64,000 bases of DNA, taken from contig JALCLG010000001.1 in NCBI GenBank assembly GCA_022647725.1, forward strand, positions 1,069,535 to 1,133,534. The letters run 5' to 3'. The notes below the pieces were generated by a model. The model did not search any database. It saw only the letters and a program-made list of their open reading frames with translations, and had not been told where the DNA came from. The DNA is from Bacilli bacterium (GTDB lineage Bacteria > Bacillota_I > Bacilli_A > RFN20 > CAG-288). Position numbers and translations under genes: made by a program. Positions 17,629-26,531 of the stretch are shown here, one piece after another (the stretch's first letter is position 1; each line of letters starts with the position of its first letter).

Positions 17629-19583
17629 AAAACTCATGGATCAAAGTCGGCTGTGCCGTTCCTAAGACAGTCGTCGGAAACGTTCCGGCCAATGTCCAAG
17701 CAATCAGTAAGCTTTGCCAGGCCAATCCCGATGTCGGCGTGCTGGTTTTCCCGGAGCTTTGTCTGACGGGGTATACCTGCGGAGATCTTTTCTTTGAGGA
17801 GGCACTCTTGGAGGAGGCCCAGCAAGGGCTATTGACGTTGGCTAAGCTTTCGGAAAAGAATCCGGGCCAGACCGTCATTGTCGGTCTTCCTTTACCTTTC
17901 CGAAATGCTCTTTACAATGTCGCCGCCTTTGTTTCCGAAGGCAAGATCGTCGGCTTGATTCCTAAGACGGAAATTCCGAACTATGGCGAATTCTATGAAC
18001 GGCGCTGGTTCTGTTCCGGTAAGGATATCCTCAGTCAGCAGGTCAGAATCGGCAGCAATGAGATACCGTTCGGCCGAGATTTCCTCTTTGCGGACGCGTC
18101 TTCGGGCGCGGTGCTCGGGGCGGAAATCTGTGAGGACCTCTGGGTACCGGATAAACCCTCCACCCATCAGGCCTTGGCCGGAGCCAACATCTTGGTCAAT
18201 CTCAGTGCCAGCGATGAGAATCTGCTTAAGAAGGAATACCGGAAGAATCTGGTGATGATGCAGTCCGCTAATCTCTATGCCGCTTATCTGTATTGTTCGG
18301 CGGGGATGGGCGAATCCTCTACGGATCTCGTCTTCTCCGGACATTGTCTTTTAGCGGAAAATGGGTCGCTTTTAGAAGAGAGCATCTATCCTTTGAAACC
18401 TCAAGTGACCACCGCTTTGATAGATCTCTCCAAGATTGCTTATAACCGGATTCACCAATCGACCTTTGGCAATCGGAATCCGGAAGGCTTTTTCAAGACC
18501 CTGACAACCTCCGTCAAGCCCTTAGGCGGCAAAGAAGAGGTCACGGTCGATGAGCTCGTTAGGCTGCTGAAAAAAGAAGCCTATCCGGTTAACCGGACAC
18601 CCTTTGTTCCTACCGATCTGAAACAGCGGCAGCAGCGCTGCCAGGATATTCTGGCCATTCAAGCCAACGGCCTGGCAACCCGGGTGAGAAATACCGGCAT
18701 TAAGACCCTCGTCATCGGTATTTCCGGCGGTCTGGACTCGACTTTGGCTCTCTTAGTTTCCTATGAAGCCCAAAAGCTGGTTCCCGAAATCCGTTTGATC
18801 GGTGTGACGATGCCCCAGGCGGGCAATACCTCGTCCTTGACGTATCAGAATTCCTTAGCCTTGATGGAGGCTCTGGGCATCACTCCGAAGATCATTCCCA
18901 TCGGGGATGAAGTAGCGGCTCACCTGAAAGCCATCGGCCATAGTGCGGACTATCAGGGGGCGGGGGATACGACCTATGAGAATGCTCAGGCCCGGATGCG
19001 GACCTATCTTCTGATGGATTTGGCTAATCAGGAGCGTGGCCTGGTGGTGGGAACCGGCGATCTTTCCGAATTGGCTTTAGGCTGGTGCACGTATAACGGC
19101 GACCATATGTCGATGTATGGCGTCAATGCTTCCGTCCCGAAGACGCTGGTCCGGTATCTCGTTTCCACTTATGCCGAGATGATGGCAGATAAAGCGTTAA
19201 GCAAGGTGCTAAGAAGTATTGTCGATACTCCCATCACGCCGGAGCTGACACCCACGAAGAAAGGGCAGATTGCTCAGAAGACGGAGGATACCATCGGTAA
19301 GTATGATCTCAATGACTTCTTCCTCTTCTACCATCTCCGCTATGGACTTTCGCCTCTCGCGATTCTTGCCTTAGCTGAGGTCGGTTATCCGGAGCAGACC
19401 AAGGAGAGCCTGAAGGAGGCCTTAAGCCGTTTCTATGCCCGTTTCTATTCTCAGGCCTTCAAACGGAGCTGTCTTCCGGATGGCCCGAAAGTCGGCAGTG
19501 TCTCGCTGTCGCCGCGGGGCGATTATCGGATGCCGAGCGATGCTGATGTCGGTATGATCTTGGAGCTTATCAAGAACGCCTAA
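17625..19583 (+). CDS. nadE: Glutamine-dependent NAD+ synthetase (N-terminal CN-hydrolase domain plus C-terminal NAD synthetase domain)
   Basis: The nitrilase-like N-terminus is VVFPELCLTGYTCGDLF. The C-terminal PP-loop is GISGGLDSTL. The protein is 652 aa, and its start overlaps the nadD stop. Confidence 0.9.
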   Translation: MKNSWIKVGCAVPKTVVGNVPANVQAISKLCQANPDVGVLVFPELCLTGYTCGDLFFEEALLEEAQQGLLTLAKLSEKNPGQTVIVGLPLPFRNALYNVAAFVSEGKIVGLIPKTEIPNYGEFYERRWFCSGKDILSQQVRIGSNEIPFGRDFLFADASSGAVLGAEICEDLWVPDKPSTHQALAGANILVNLSASDENLLKKEYRKNLVMMQSANLYAAYLYCSAGMGESSTDLVFSGHCLLAENGSLLEESIYPLKPQVTTALIDLSKIAYNRIHQSTFGNRNPEGFFKTLTTSVKPLGGKEEVTVDELVRLLKKEAYPVNRTPFVPTDLKQRQQRCQDILAIQANGLATRVRNTGIKTLVIGISGGLDSTLALLVSYEAQKLVPEIRLIGVTMPQAGNTSSLTYQNSLALMEALGITPKIIPIGDEVAAHLKAIGHSADYQGAGDTTYENAQARMRTYLLMDLANQERGLVVGTGDLSELALGWCTYNGDHMSMYGVNASVPKTLVRYLVSTYAEMMADKALSKVLRSIVDTPITPELTPTKKGQIAQKTEDTIGKYDLNDFFLFYHLRYGLSPLAILALAEVGYPEQTKESLKEALSRFYARFYSQAFKRSCLPDGPKVGSVSLSPRGDYRMPSDADVGMILELIKNA

Positions 19584-19584
19584 G

Positions 19585-21249
19585 ATGAGTGCAACTCAGG
19601 CCTCTCCCAATCGTATCGTCCGTCTTAACGATTCCGAACTGAACGATTTTTTCCTGTACCTTAAAGGTGTGCTAGGGTATTCGGAAAAGACGCAGGTCAG
19701 TTATGGGGAGGATATTGCTGATTTTCTCTTGTTTCTGAAAGCCAACCATCTGGCAAAGAATGCCGTAACCACTTCGGTGATTCGGGATTATCTGCTGGAC
19801 AAGCATGTTGCCGGACTCAATCCTTCCTCGATTCAGCGCAGTGTTTCCGCCTTACGTCATTTCTACCGGTATCTTTACCGGTACAAGGGATATAGCACAA
19901 ATCCGTTTGATGTCATCACCTCCCCGAAGAAGAGCAAATCCCTGCCGGCCTTTCTCAGCGAAGAGGAAGTCAATGATCTTTTGGACAACAACCGCACCCG
20001 GACCGATAAGCTCGCCTTGCGGGATCAGGCCATCCTTGAGCTTCTTTATGCCTCGGGCTTACGCTGCTCTGAGACCATCTCGCTGAAAATCAGCGACATC
20101 GACTTTCAGCAGCAGACATTGACCATCATCGGCAAGGGCGACAAGGAACGGATTGTTCCTTTCTCCGATGTTGCTGCGGAGGCGCTGAAGACATATCTGG
20201 AGAAGTCACGGAAGACTCTCATCAAAGATCCCCTCGCCGATACCGGCGTCTGTTTTGTCAACAGCCATGGTGGACCCCTAAGTGAGCGGGGACTGGAAAC
20301 CGTTGTCTCCAATAGTGCCAAGAAGGCCGGCTTTGAATTGGCCCTGCATCCCCATATGCTGCGACATACTTTTGCAACCGAGCTCCTCAATAACGGGGCT
20401 GACTTACGGACCATCCAGGAGTTATTAGGACATGCTTCCATCCAGACGACGGCAATCTATACCCATGTGACTTATGCCGACTTGAAGAAGACCTATGATT
20501 CCTGCTTTCCCAAGGCCACGAGTGACTATATAGACCCTGCCAGCAACCAGCCAGTGGTCATCTTTGATTTCAATGGCACAATGTTCTTCGATGAGGAAAA
20601 ACATGTGGTCTCCTGGAAGGCTTTCAGCAAGGAAGAATTCAATTACGACCTCAAAGATGAGGAATTCCCGGCCCATATCCACGGCCACAACAACAAAGAG
20701 ATTCTGGAATACCTTGCCCACCGCTCTTTTTCATCGGAAGAGGTTAGTGCCTATGCCACCAAAAAAGAGAAAGCCTATCAGTCGTTATGTGAAGCCGATC
20801 AGGCCAATCTTCATCTGGTGAAAGGACTGCCGGAATTTTTAGACGGCCTGAAGGCCCGCGGGATTCCTTTTGCCATTGCAACGGCCAGTATGGCTCCGAA
20901 TGTCGCCTGGTATGTGAAGACATTTTCTTTATCCCGTTGGTTCAATCATGCTAATATCATCTACGACGATGTCACCTTGACCCGCGGCAAGCCCGACCCG
21001 ATGATTTATCAAAGGGCGATGAGTCAGCTGAAGGCCAAGCCCGAAAAGACGCTGGTCTTCGAAGATGCCCCCAGCGGCATCGAGAGCGCCTATCGGGCTC
21101 ACGCCGGGATGGTGGTGGCGGTCGAAAAACCGGAACGTGTTGACGTTTTCCGCAAGAAGAAGGAGGTCTCCGAGGTGATTGAAGACTTCTCCTGTTTGCC
21201 TAAGGCGGTCTATGATTTTCTGGGATGGGACAAGACGAAGCAATCCTAG
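19585..21249 (+). CDS. Tyrosine recombinase XerC/XerD-family (about 318 aa N-terminal) fused in frame to a HAD-like hydrolase domain (about 235 aa C-terminal)
   Basis: The recombinase part has the catalytic R (GLRCSE), K (GKGDKER), HxxR (HMLRHTFAT) and LGHASIQTTAIYTHV (H and Y). The HAD part has motif I VIFDFNGTMF, a Lys region TRGKPDP, and motif IV LVFEDAPSGIE. The ORF is one continuous 554-aa frame with no internal start for the HAD domain. It starts 2 nt after the nadE stop. Confidence 0.7.
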   Translation: MSATQASPNRIVRLNDSELNDFFLYLKGVLGYSEKTQVSYGEDIADFLLFLKANHLAKNAVTTSVIRDYLLDKHVAGLNPSSIQRSVSALRHFYRYLYRYKGYSTNPFDVITSPKKSKSLPAFLSEEEVNDLLDNNRTRTDKLALRDQAILELLYASGLRCSETISLKISDIDFQQQTLTIIGKGDKERIVPFSDVAAEALKTYLEKSRKTLIKDPLADTGVCFVNSHGGPLSERGLETVVSNSAKKAGFELALHPHMLRHTFATELLNNGADLRTIQELLGHASIQTTAIYTHVTYADLKKTYDSCFPKATSDYIDPASNQPVVIFDFNGTMFFDEEKHVVSWKAFSKEEFNYDLKDEEFPAHIHGHNNKEILEYLAHRSFSSEEVSAYATKKEKAYQSLCEADQANLHLVKGLPEFLDGLKARGIPFAIATASMAPNVAWYVKTFSLSRWFNHANIIYDDVTLTRGKPDPMIYQRAMSQLKAKPEKTLVFEDAPSGIESAYRAHAGMVVAVEKPERVDVFRKKKEVSEVIEDFSCLPKAVYDFLGWDKTKQS

Positions 21250-21268
21250 CTAACGGAGGAAATGAATT

Positions 21269-22477
21269 ATGAATTGCGCAACGAAGATCTGGGATGACCT
21301 CTATTATGTCGGTGGCAGTGACCGTCGGATAAGGAAGTTCGAGAACATTCTTCCTATCCATCATGGTGTCTCCTACAACTCGTATCTCTTCTTGGATGAG
21401 AAAACCTGCCTGATGGATACGGCGGATCAGTCCATTTCCCGTCTCTTTTTAGAGAACGTCACCTCCGTCTTGGGAACGAGGAAGCTTGATTATCTGGTCA
21501 TCCATCATATGGAGCCGGATCATTGCTATAACATCACGGAAATCTTATTGCGCTATCCGGAGGTGCAGCTGGTTGGCAATGCCCAGACTTTTAAGATGCT
21601 GCATAATTTCTTCCCGGAGCTGGATACCCAGGGTAAGGAAATCGTTGTCAAGGACGGCGATACCCTGTCCTTAGGCAAACGGAAGCTGCACTTCTATCTC
21701 ACCCCAATGGTTCATTGGCCGGAGGTGATGATGACTTTTGAGGAGACCCAAGGTCTGCTCTTTACTGCTGATGCTTTCGGAACCTTCAATGCGCTTGACG
21801 GCAATCTTTATGCCGATGAGGTCCGCTATGACCGCAATTTCCTGGATATGGCCCGGATGTACTACACCAACATCGTCGGCAAGTACGGTCAGTCCGTTCA
21901 GCAGGCCTTTAGTAAGCTCCCCATCGATAAAGTGACGATGCTCTTATCTCTCCATGGACCGATCTGGAGAAAAGATTTAGGTTATATCATCGACAAATAT
22001 CAGAAGTGGTCGACCTATACGCCGGAAGAAAAAGGCGTCATCATCATCTATGCCACCATGTATGGCGATACGGAGAATGCTGCCGATATCTTGGCTCGGG
22101 ATCTCTCGAGTCAGGGCATTACCAACATCAAGGAGTATGATGCCAGCTACACGGACGAGGATTGGCTGGTCAGCGAATCCTTCCGGGTGTCGAATATCGT
22201 CATCATCTCTCCCACCTACAATATGACCATTCATCCGGATATCGACACTTACCTTTCCGGGATGATGCGGATGGCTTTGGCTAAGCGGACTTTCACCTTG
22301 ATTCAGGCCGGTAGCTGGTGCCCGTCCAGTCTTTGCCTGATGAAGGCCAAGATGGCCTGCCAGAAGACCTTTACTTACACGCCCAGTGAGTTAACCATCC
22401 TTTCGGGTGTGAAACCGTGTGACGTGACCAGTCTCGAGACCATCGCCGGAGAAATCAAAAAATCCTTAGGTGAATAA
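21269..22477 (+). CDS. Flavodiiron protein (FprA-type A-type flavoprotein: metallo-beta-lactamase-like domain plus flavodoxin domain)
   Basis: YYVGGSDRR...GVSYNSYLF is the FDP N-terminus. The di-iron ligand motif is HHMEPDH. The flavodoxin signature is VIIIYATMYGDTENAA. The protein is 402 aa. Confidence 0.85.
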   Translation: MNCATKIWDDLYYVGGSDRRIRKFENILPIHHGVSYNSYLFLDEKTCLMDTADQSISRLFLENVTSVLGTRKLDYLVIHHMEPDHCYNITEILLRYPEVQLVGNAQTFKMLHNFFPELDTQGKEIVVKDGDTLSLGKRKLHFYLTPMVHWPEVMMTFEETQGLLFTADAFGTFNALDGNLYADEVRYDRNFLDMARMYYTNIVGKYGQSVQQAFSKLPIDKVTMLLSLHGPIWRKDLGYIIDKYQKWSTYTPEEKGVIIIYATMYGDTENAADILARDLSSQGITNIKEYDASYTDEDWLVSESFRVSNIVIISPTYNMTIHPDIDTYLSGMMRMALAKRTFTLIQAGSWCPSSLCLMKAKMACQKTFTYTPSELTILSGVKPCDVTSLETIAGEIKKSLGE

Positions 22478-22524
22478 ATTTCGGGAAAAATAATTAAATA
22501 TTTCCTTTAATAATACTTTCGCCT

Positions 22525-23343
22525 ATGTCTATAATAATAGGCGAGGAATTCCGAAGAATGAATTTATTGATGCTTGCCTACGATAATAATCCCAGTACCA
22601 ACTTCCAGAACGTCTTTTTCGTTGTGGATTTCATCGCAACGACCATCCTGATTCTGCTGCTGACGTTCTTTGTTTCCTACAACCTGAAGAATAAGCTGGT
22701 GTTAGTCTTCTATTGCCTGATGGATATCATCTACATCATCTCGATGATCTGCGGGCTGGATAATCTGACGCTGATTTCTCTTTTCTTCCTGGTCGGCGGC
22801 ACCATTCTCTTCCTTTTCGTCAATGCCGGTATCATCCGCAAATATGTCGCTATTCCGCTGAAGTTCTCGAGTAATTCCAAGAAAGGCAAGGAAGATTTTG
22901 ACCGCGAGAAGCTGATCAACAACATCGTCACTGCCGTCCGCTGGATGAGTCAGAACAAAGTCGGTGGTCTGATCACCTTCGAACGCTCCACTCCCTTAGA
23001 TGACTATATGAAGAACGGCACCATCATCAATTGCCCTGTCACGCCGGAAATCATTGAAACCATCTTCTATGTCGGCACCCGTCTTCACGATGGCGCCATT
23101 GTCATCCGTGGCGATACCATTGTTGCAGCCGCTGTCTATTACACGCCGTCGACCAAGGCCTTGCCGGGCAAGGTCGGTTCCCGTCATCGGGCGGCCTTAG
23201 GCATCAGCGAAGTCACCGATTCGGTGACCATCGTCGTCAGCGAAGAGACCGGTCGGGTTGCTATCGCTCATGCCGGGATGCTTGATCCGGTCAAGAACGA
23301 TGAAGTCGAGAAGGTCTTCCGCAATCAGTTCTCAGCCAATTAA
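22525..23343 (+). CDS. cdaA: Diadenylate cyclase CdaA (DacA); the likely true start is an internal Met at about 22558
   Basis: There are three N-terminal TM helices. The DAC domain carries HDGAIVIRG (the DGA motif), GSRHRAALG (the RHR motif) and ISEVTDSVTIVVSEETGRVAIA. Confidence 0.85.
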   Translation: MSIIIGEEFRRMNLLMLAYDNNPSTNFQNVFFVVDFIATTILILLLTFFVSYNLKNKLVLVFYCLMDIIYIISMICGLDNLTLISLFFLVGGTILFLFVNAGIIRKYVAIPLKFSSNSKKGKEDFDREKLINNIVTAVRWMSQNKVGGLITFERSTPLDDYMKNGTIINCPVTPEIIETIFYVGTRLHDGAIVIRGDTIVAAAVYYTPSTKALPGKVGSRHRAALGISEVTDSVTIVVSEETGRVAIAHAGMLDPVKNDEVEKVFRNQFSAN

Positions 23344-23368
23344 CCTGAGGTTCCCCTCAGGTTTTTCT
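23344..23368 (+). terminator. Rho-independent terminator after cdaA
   Basis: The hairpin CCTGAGGttccCCTCAGG is followed by TTTTTCTTT. Confidence 0.6.
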
Positions 23369-23481
23369 TTCGCTGCCTGCTTTCTTTCCCTTTCCTGAAA
23401 TGTTTTGAAAAACTCGCCTTGCTGTATTTAAAAACACTCGCAAAGCAAGTATGATAATAGTAACTTTTAAGGAGGATCCTT

Positions 23482-24192
23482 ATGCCGACACCCCATAATG
23501 AAGCCAAAGACAATGAGATTGCCAAAACCGTCCTGATGCCGGGCGACCCGTTACGGGCCAAATTCATCGCCGAGCATTTCTTGACGGATGCCAAGCTCGT
23601 CAATACGGTCCGCAACATGTACTGCTATACCGGAACCTACCACGGCAAACGTGTTTCCGTGATGGGCTCAGGAATGGGCATCCCGTCCATTGGCATCTAT
23701 GCCTATGAACTCTACCATGTCTATCACGTGGAGCGCATCATCCGCATCGGCACGGCCGGTGCCACGGATCCGAGCCTGAAGCTGTTTGATCTGGTCATTG
23801 CCATGGGTGCTTCCACCAATTCCAACTGCGCCAGCCAGTATCAGTTGCCGCAGGGAACGATGTCGGCCATTGCCAATTATGAGACGCTCAATCAGGCGGT
23901 CACCAGTGCCAAGAACCATGGTTACCGTTATCAGGTGGGTCAGGTCTTTTCCAGCGATAACTTCTATAACGATCCCAAAGAGGTCTGGGAAGCCTGGGCC
24001 AAGATGGGCTGTCTGGCCGTGGAGATGGAAGCCTATGGACTTTATCTTACTGCCGCTCAGGCGCATCAGGAGGCTCTGGCCATCATGACCATCTCCGACA
24101 GCATGATCACGCATGAAGAGACGACCACCGAGCAGAGGGAAAAATCTTTCACTCATATGATGGAAGTTGCTTTAGATTGTATCAAGGACTGA
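23482..24192 (+). CDS. deoD: Purine nucleoside phosphorylase, DeoD type
   Basis: VLMPGDPLRAKFIAEHFL, GSGMGIPSIGIYAYEL and EMEAYGLY are PNP/UDP family-1 signatures. The protein is 236 aa and has an AGGAGG RBS. Confidence 0.9.
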   Translation: MPTPHNEAKDNEIAKTVLMPGDPLRAKFIAEHFLTDAKLVNTVRNMYCYTGTYHGKRVSVMGSGMGIPSIGIYAYELYHVYHVERIIRIGTAGATDPSLKLFDLVIAMGASTNSNCASQYQLPQGTMSAIANYETLNQAVTSAKNHGYRYQVGQVFSSDNFYNDPKEVWEAWAKMGCLAVEMEAYGLYLTAAQAHQEALAIMTISDSMITHEETTTEQREKSFTHMMEVALDCIKD

Positions 24193-24193
24193 C

Positions 24194-24880
24194 ATGATTA
24201 AACTGGTTGTCTTTCTTGTTGTTTTTTCTATCGTTGTGGTGCTCTTGGTGGTCGGCTTCTTTTATGATGACATCAAGGCTTTTGACGAGAAAAGACGTCA
24301 CCGCCATCATGTTTATCAGGTGCTGCATAACTATGCCGAAGACTACGATCAGCTCTTATTGAACAACGTTGTCCTCAACCTCGGCCAGCCGGGCGATCCG
24401 GCCACGACGTTCGACCATATCCTCATCGGGGACAAGTACGCCTATCTGATTCAGGATTTTGAGGCCCAGGGAGCCATCTATGGCAACCTCCGGGATCCCA
24501 AGCTTTTCCTGAAGAACTTTCAGAGCACCGTCATCACCATTCCCAATCCGATGATTGAGAATCTGGAAGCCATCCTGAAATTCGAGAAATCCCGGGGCAT
24601 CGATTCCGAGGAGAAAATCTGCGTTTCCGTCATCGTCGTCAATGATTCTTTGATTGTCCCGGCCGGCATCAAGACCAAGGGTCAGGTGGGCTGGTTCTTA
24701 CCGGTCAACGAACTCTATAAGACATTGCAGCAGGCTGAGCAGGATGATGTCGCAAAGATTTCCCATGAGACCTCTGAGAAGATCATCAAGAATCTCAAGT
24801 CGCAGAGTGACGCCAACAAGGCCGAAATGAAAAAGCACTCCCGCCCTCTGAAAAGCAATCCGGACGTTCCCGTTAAGTAA
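24194..24880 (+). CDS. NERD-domain membrane protein (hypothetical)
   Basis: An N-terminal TM helix is followed by a segment TFDHILIGDKYAYLIQDFEAQGAIYGN that resembles the NERD nuclease-related domain. The gene is translationally coupled to deoD. Confidence 0.45.
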   Translation: MIKLVVFLVVFSIVVVLLVVGFFYDDIKAFDEKRRHRHHVYQVLHNYAEDYDQLLLNNVVLNLGQPGDPATTFDHILIGDKYAYLIQDFEAQGAIYGNLRDPKLFLKNFQSTVITIPNPMIENLEAILKFEKSRGIDSEEKICVSVIVVNDSLIVPAGIKTKGQVGWFLPVNELYKTLQQAEQDDVAKISHETSEKIIKNLKSQSDANKAEMKKHSRPLKSNPDVPVK

Positions 24881-25031
24881 TCGCTTTCTTATCCTTGACG
24901 ATTTCTTAAACTTCTTTTAACTATCGTGCTTTTTACAAAAAGACCTTTTCATTACCCTCAAAAAATGATTGCCTTGTGTCAAGGGATTTGTATAATTGAG
25001 GTTAGTTTTTTCAAACAGGGGGGCTCGAGCT

Positions 25032-25220
25032 GTGGTTAACATCCGTATTGTCGGTTCACAGAAGACGGACGATTTTGCCAAAGTTGAAAAAGCACTCAAT
25101 AAGGCTGCTGTGGATGCCACAATCTCCTACCAAGATAAGACGGTTCGCTGTGAAGATTACGATGCCGAGGAAGCGATGGCAGCCATTCATGCGATAGGGC
25201 TGACGCCGTCTCTGATCTAA
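25032..25220 (+). CDS. Small ferredoxin-like-fold (HMA-like) protein without metal-binding cysteines; hypothetical
   Basis: The track ORF 24996..25220 uses a TTG that overlaps the predicted -10 element, so a GTG at about 25032 is more plausible. It lies after a G-rich RBS. A promoter (-35 TTGCCT and an extended -10 TGTATAAT) sits at 24968..24995. My block reading and the track differ by 1 nt around the G-run here, so I do not trust the exact homopolymer length. Confidence 0.3.
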   Translation: MVNIRIVGSQKTDDFAKVEKALNKAAVDATISYQDKTVRCEDYDAEEAMAAIHAIGLTPSLI

Positions 25221-25225
25221 GCAAA

Positions 25226-25257
25226 GAAGGCCTTCCCTGGACGGAAGGCTTTTTTTC
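25226..25257 (+). terminator. Rho-independent terminator
   Basis: The hairpin AAGGCCTTCCctggacGGAAGGCCTT is followed by a T-run. Confidence 0.6.
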
Positions 25258-25334
25258 TTCTTAGGTTAGAAGCTTTGTATGGATAATTGCTTTCCAAACC
25301 TGTTAAAATAGATGAAGTCGGGTGCTAACCAAAA

Positions 25335-26531
25335 ATGGAAAAGAAAGAGACGGAGAAAATTATCGTTGCACGGCGGAAAAGGATCCTGAACAAAGGCTTA
25401 GGCATGAACCTGCTTTTGCTTCTCCCTCCGCTGATTCTGGAGGGCGTCATTCTGATTGCCTCGCCGGTCCTTTTCTTTTTGCCTCTGTTTCTGACCTATT
25501 TTGTGCTGCCGATGTTCTATACCGTGGAACGCAGGATCCGCAACAACATCAGCGGCATCGGCAACCAGAACTTCACTTATGTCGATGGCTACAAAGCCTT
25601 CTTTGCTTCCGCTCAGGGCGGCATCTTCGGCGTCATCCTGGCTTTCTTCTCGGCCGTGATGCTGACCTTGTTCCTCTTTCTGATCTTAGGCTTTACCTTT
25701 CCTTATATCTGCACCAACTATGCCGGTGCCTATAACACCTACCAGGAACTGGTGAAGATGTATGGCGATACCTCCACGGATACGCAGACCGTCCTTAACT
25801 ATCTGCTGGCTAACGGTCCGGTGCTGATGCAGCCGATGACCATCTTCATGGGAGCCCTGCTTTTCTTGCCTTGCTTCTATCTGGTCTTCATCAGCATCAA
25901 CTTCCATCTGACTGACCATTACCTTTGCACGATCGTCTTGCCGGATATTGACCTCAATATCTCCGCCAGCCAGGCCAGAGCCTTGTCCCGGGGATCGTTC
26001 CGGAGACTGCTTTTCGGCGAACGGATTGGCTACGACATCCGTTATAATTGGCCTTTCTATCTCGGTTATGCCGTTCTCTATGGAATCTCCGTCTATCTCT
26101 TCTCCCTGGTGACGGTTTCTTCTGCCAATCTGATGGCCTTTGTTGCCTTGGCAACCCCGGTCATCTCCCTCTTCTATGGCCTTTTCTTCGATTATTTCTG
26201 CCTTAGCAATGATTATGCCATTCTGGAAGGCATTGCGCCGTTACTGTTAGAGAGAATCCCGCTGCCAATGCGGACCTCCATCCTACAGACCTACAACAAT
26301 CCCAACTATATCCATGGTCAGGAATCCGCCATCCGCGGTTCTTTCGTTCCGCAAAATTCATTCAGGGAAGAGCATCCTTTTGCTTCGCCCTTTGCTTCTA
26401 GCCCGACAGCAGCGCCGACGAGTGAAACAAAGCCGGAAGACGAGCCGACCGGAGCGGTCATTGATCTCTCCCAGTCGGCCGATGACACCAAGCCCTCTTC
26501 TGAGGATGGAAAGGATAAGGACAGCAAATGA
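25335..26531 (+). CDS. Polytopic membrane protein with an acidic, disordered C-terminus (hypothetical); first gene of the activase operon
   Basis: The protein is 398 aa with at least 8 predicted TM segments. Its stop overlaps the downstream start (ATGA at 26528). Confidence 0.5.
   Translation: MEKKETEKIIVARRKRILNKGLGMNLLLLLPPLILEGVILIASPVLFFLPLFLTYFVLPMFYTVERRIRNNISGIGNQNFTYVDGYKAFFASAQGGIFGVILAFFSAVMLTLFLFLILGFTFPYICTNYAGAYNTYQELVKMYGDTSTDTQTVLNYLLANGPVLMQPMTIFMGALLFLPCFYLVFISINFHLTDHYLCTIVLPDIDLNISASQARALSRGSFRRLLFGERIGYDIRYNWPFYLGYAVLYGISVYLFSLVTVSSANLMAFVALATPVISLFYGLFFDYFCLSNDYAILEGIAPLLLERIPLPMRTSILQTYNNPNYIHGQESAIRGSFVPQNSFREEHPFASPFASSPTAAPTSETKPEDEPTGAVIDLSQSADDTKPSSEDGKDKDSK

Noticed and set aside
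22478-22560. Palindrome CGCCTATgtctataataATAGGCG upstream of cdaA as a riboswitch or attenuator
   Set aside because: It is a single 7-bp stem in AT-rich sequence with no downstream T-run or recognisable riboswitch consensus. It may simply be an operator or terminator remnant, so I did not call it.
25011-25030. G-run in the RBS and 5' region of the small ORF at 25032..25220 as a second phase-variation tract
   Set aside because: My block-wise reading and the ORF-track translation disagree by one nucleotide in this neighbourhood, so I cannot count the run reliably. The run overlaps a probable RBS rather than coding sequence, so I did not claim phase variation.
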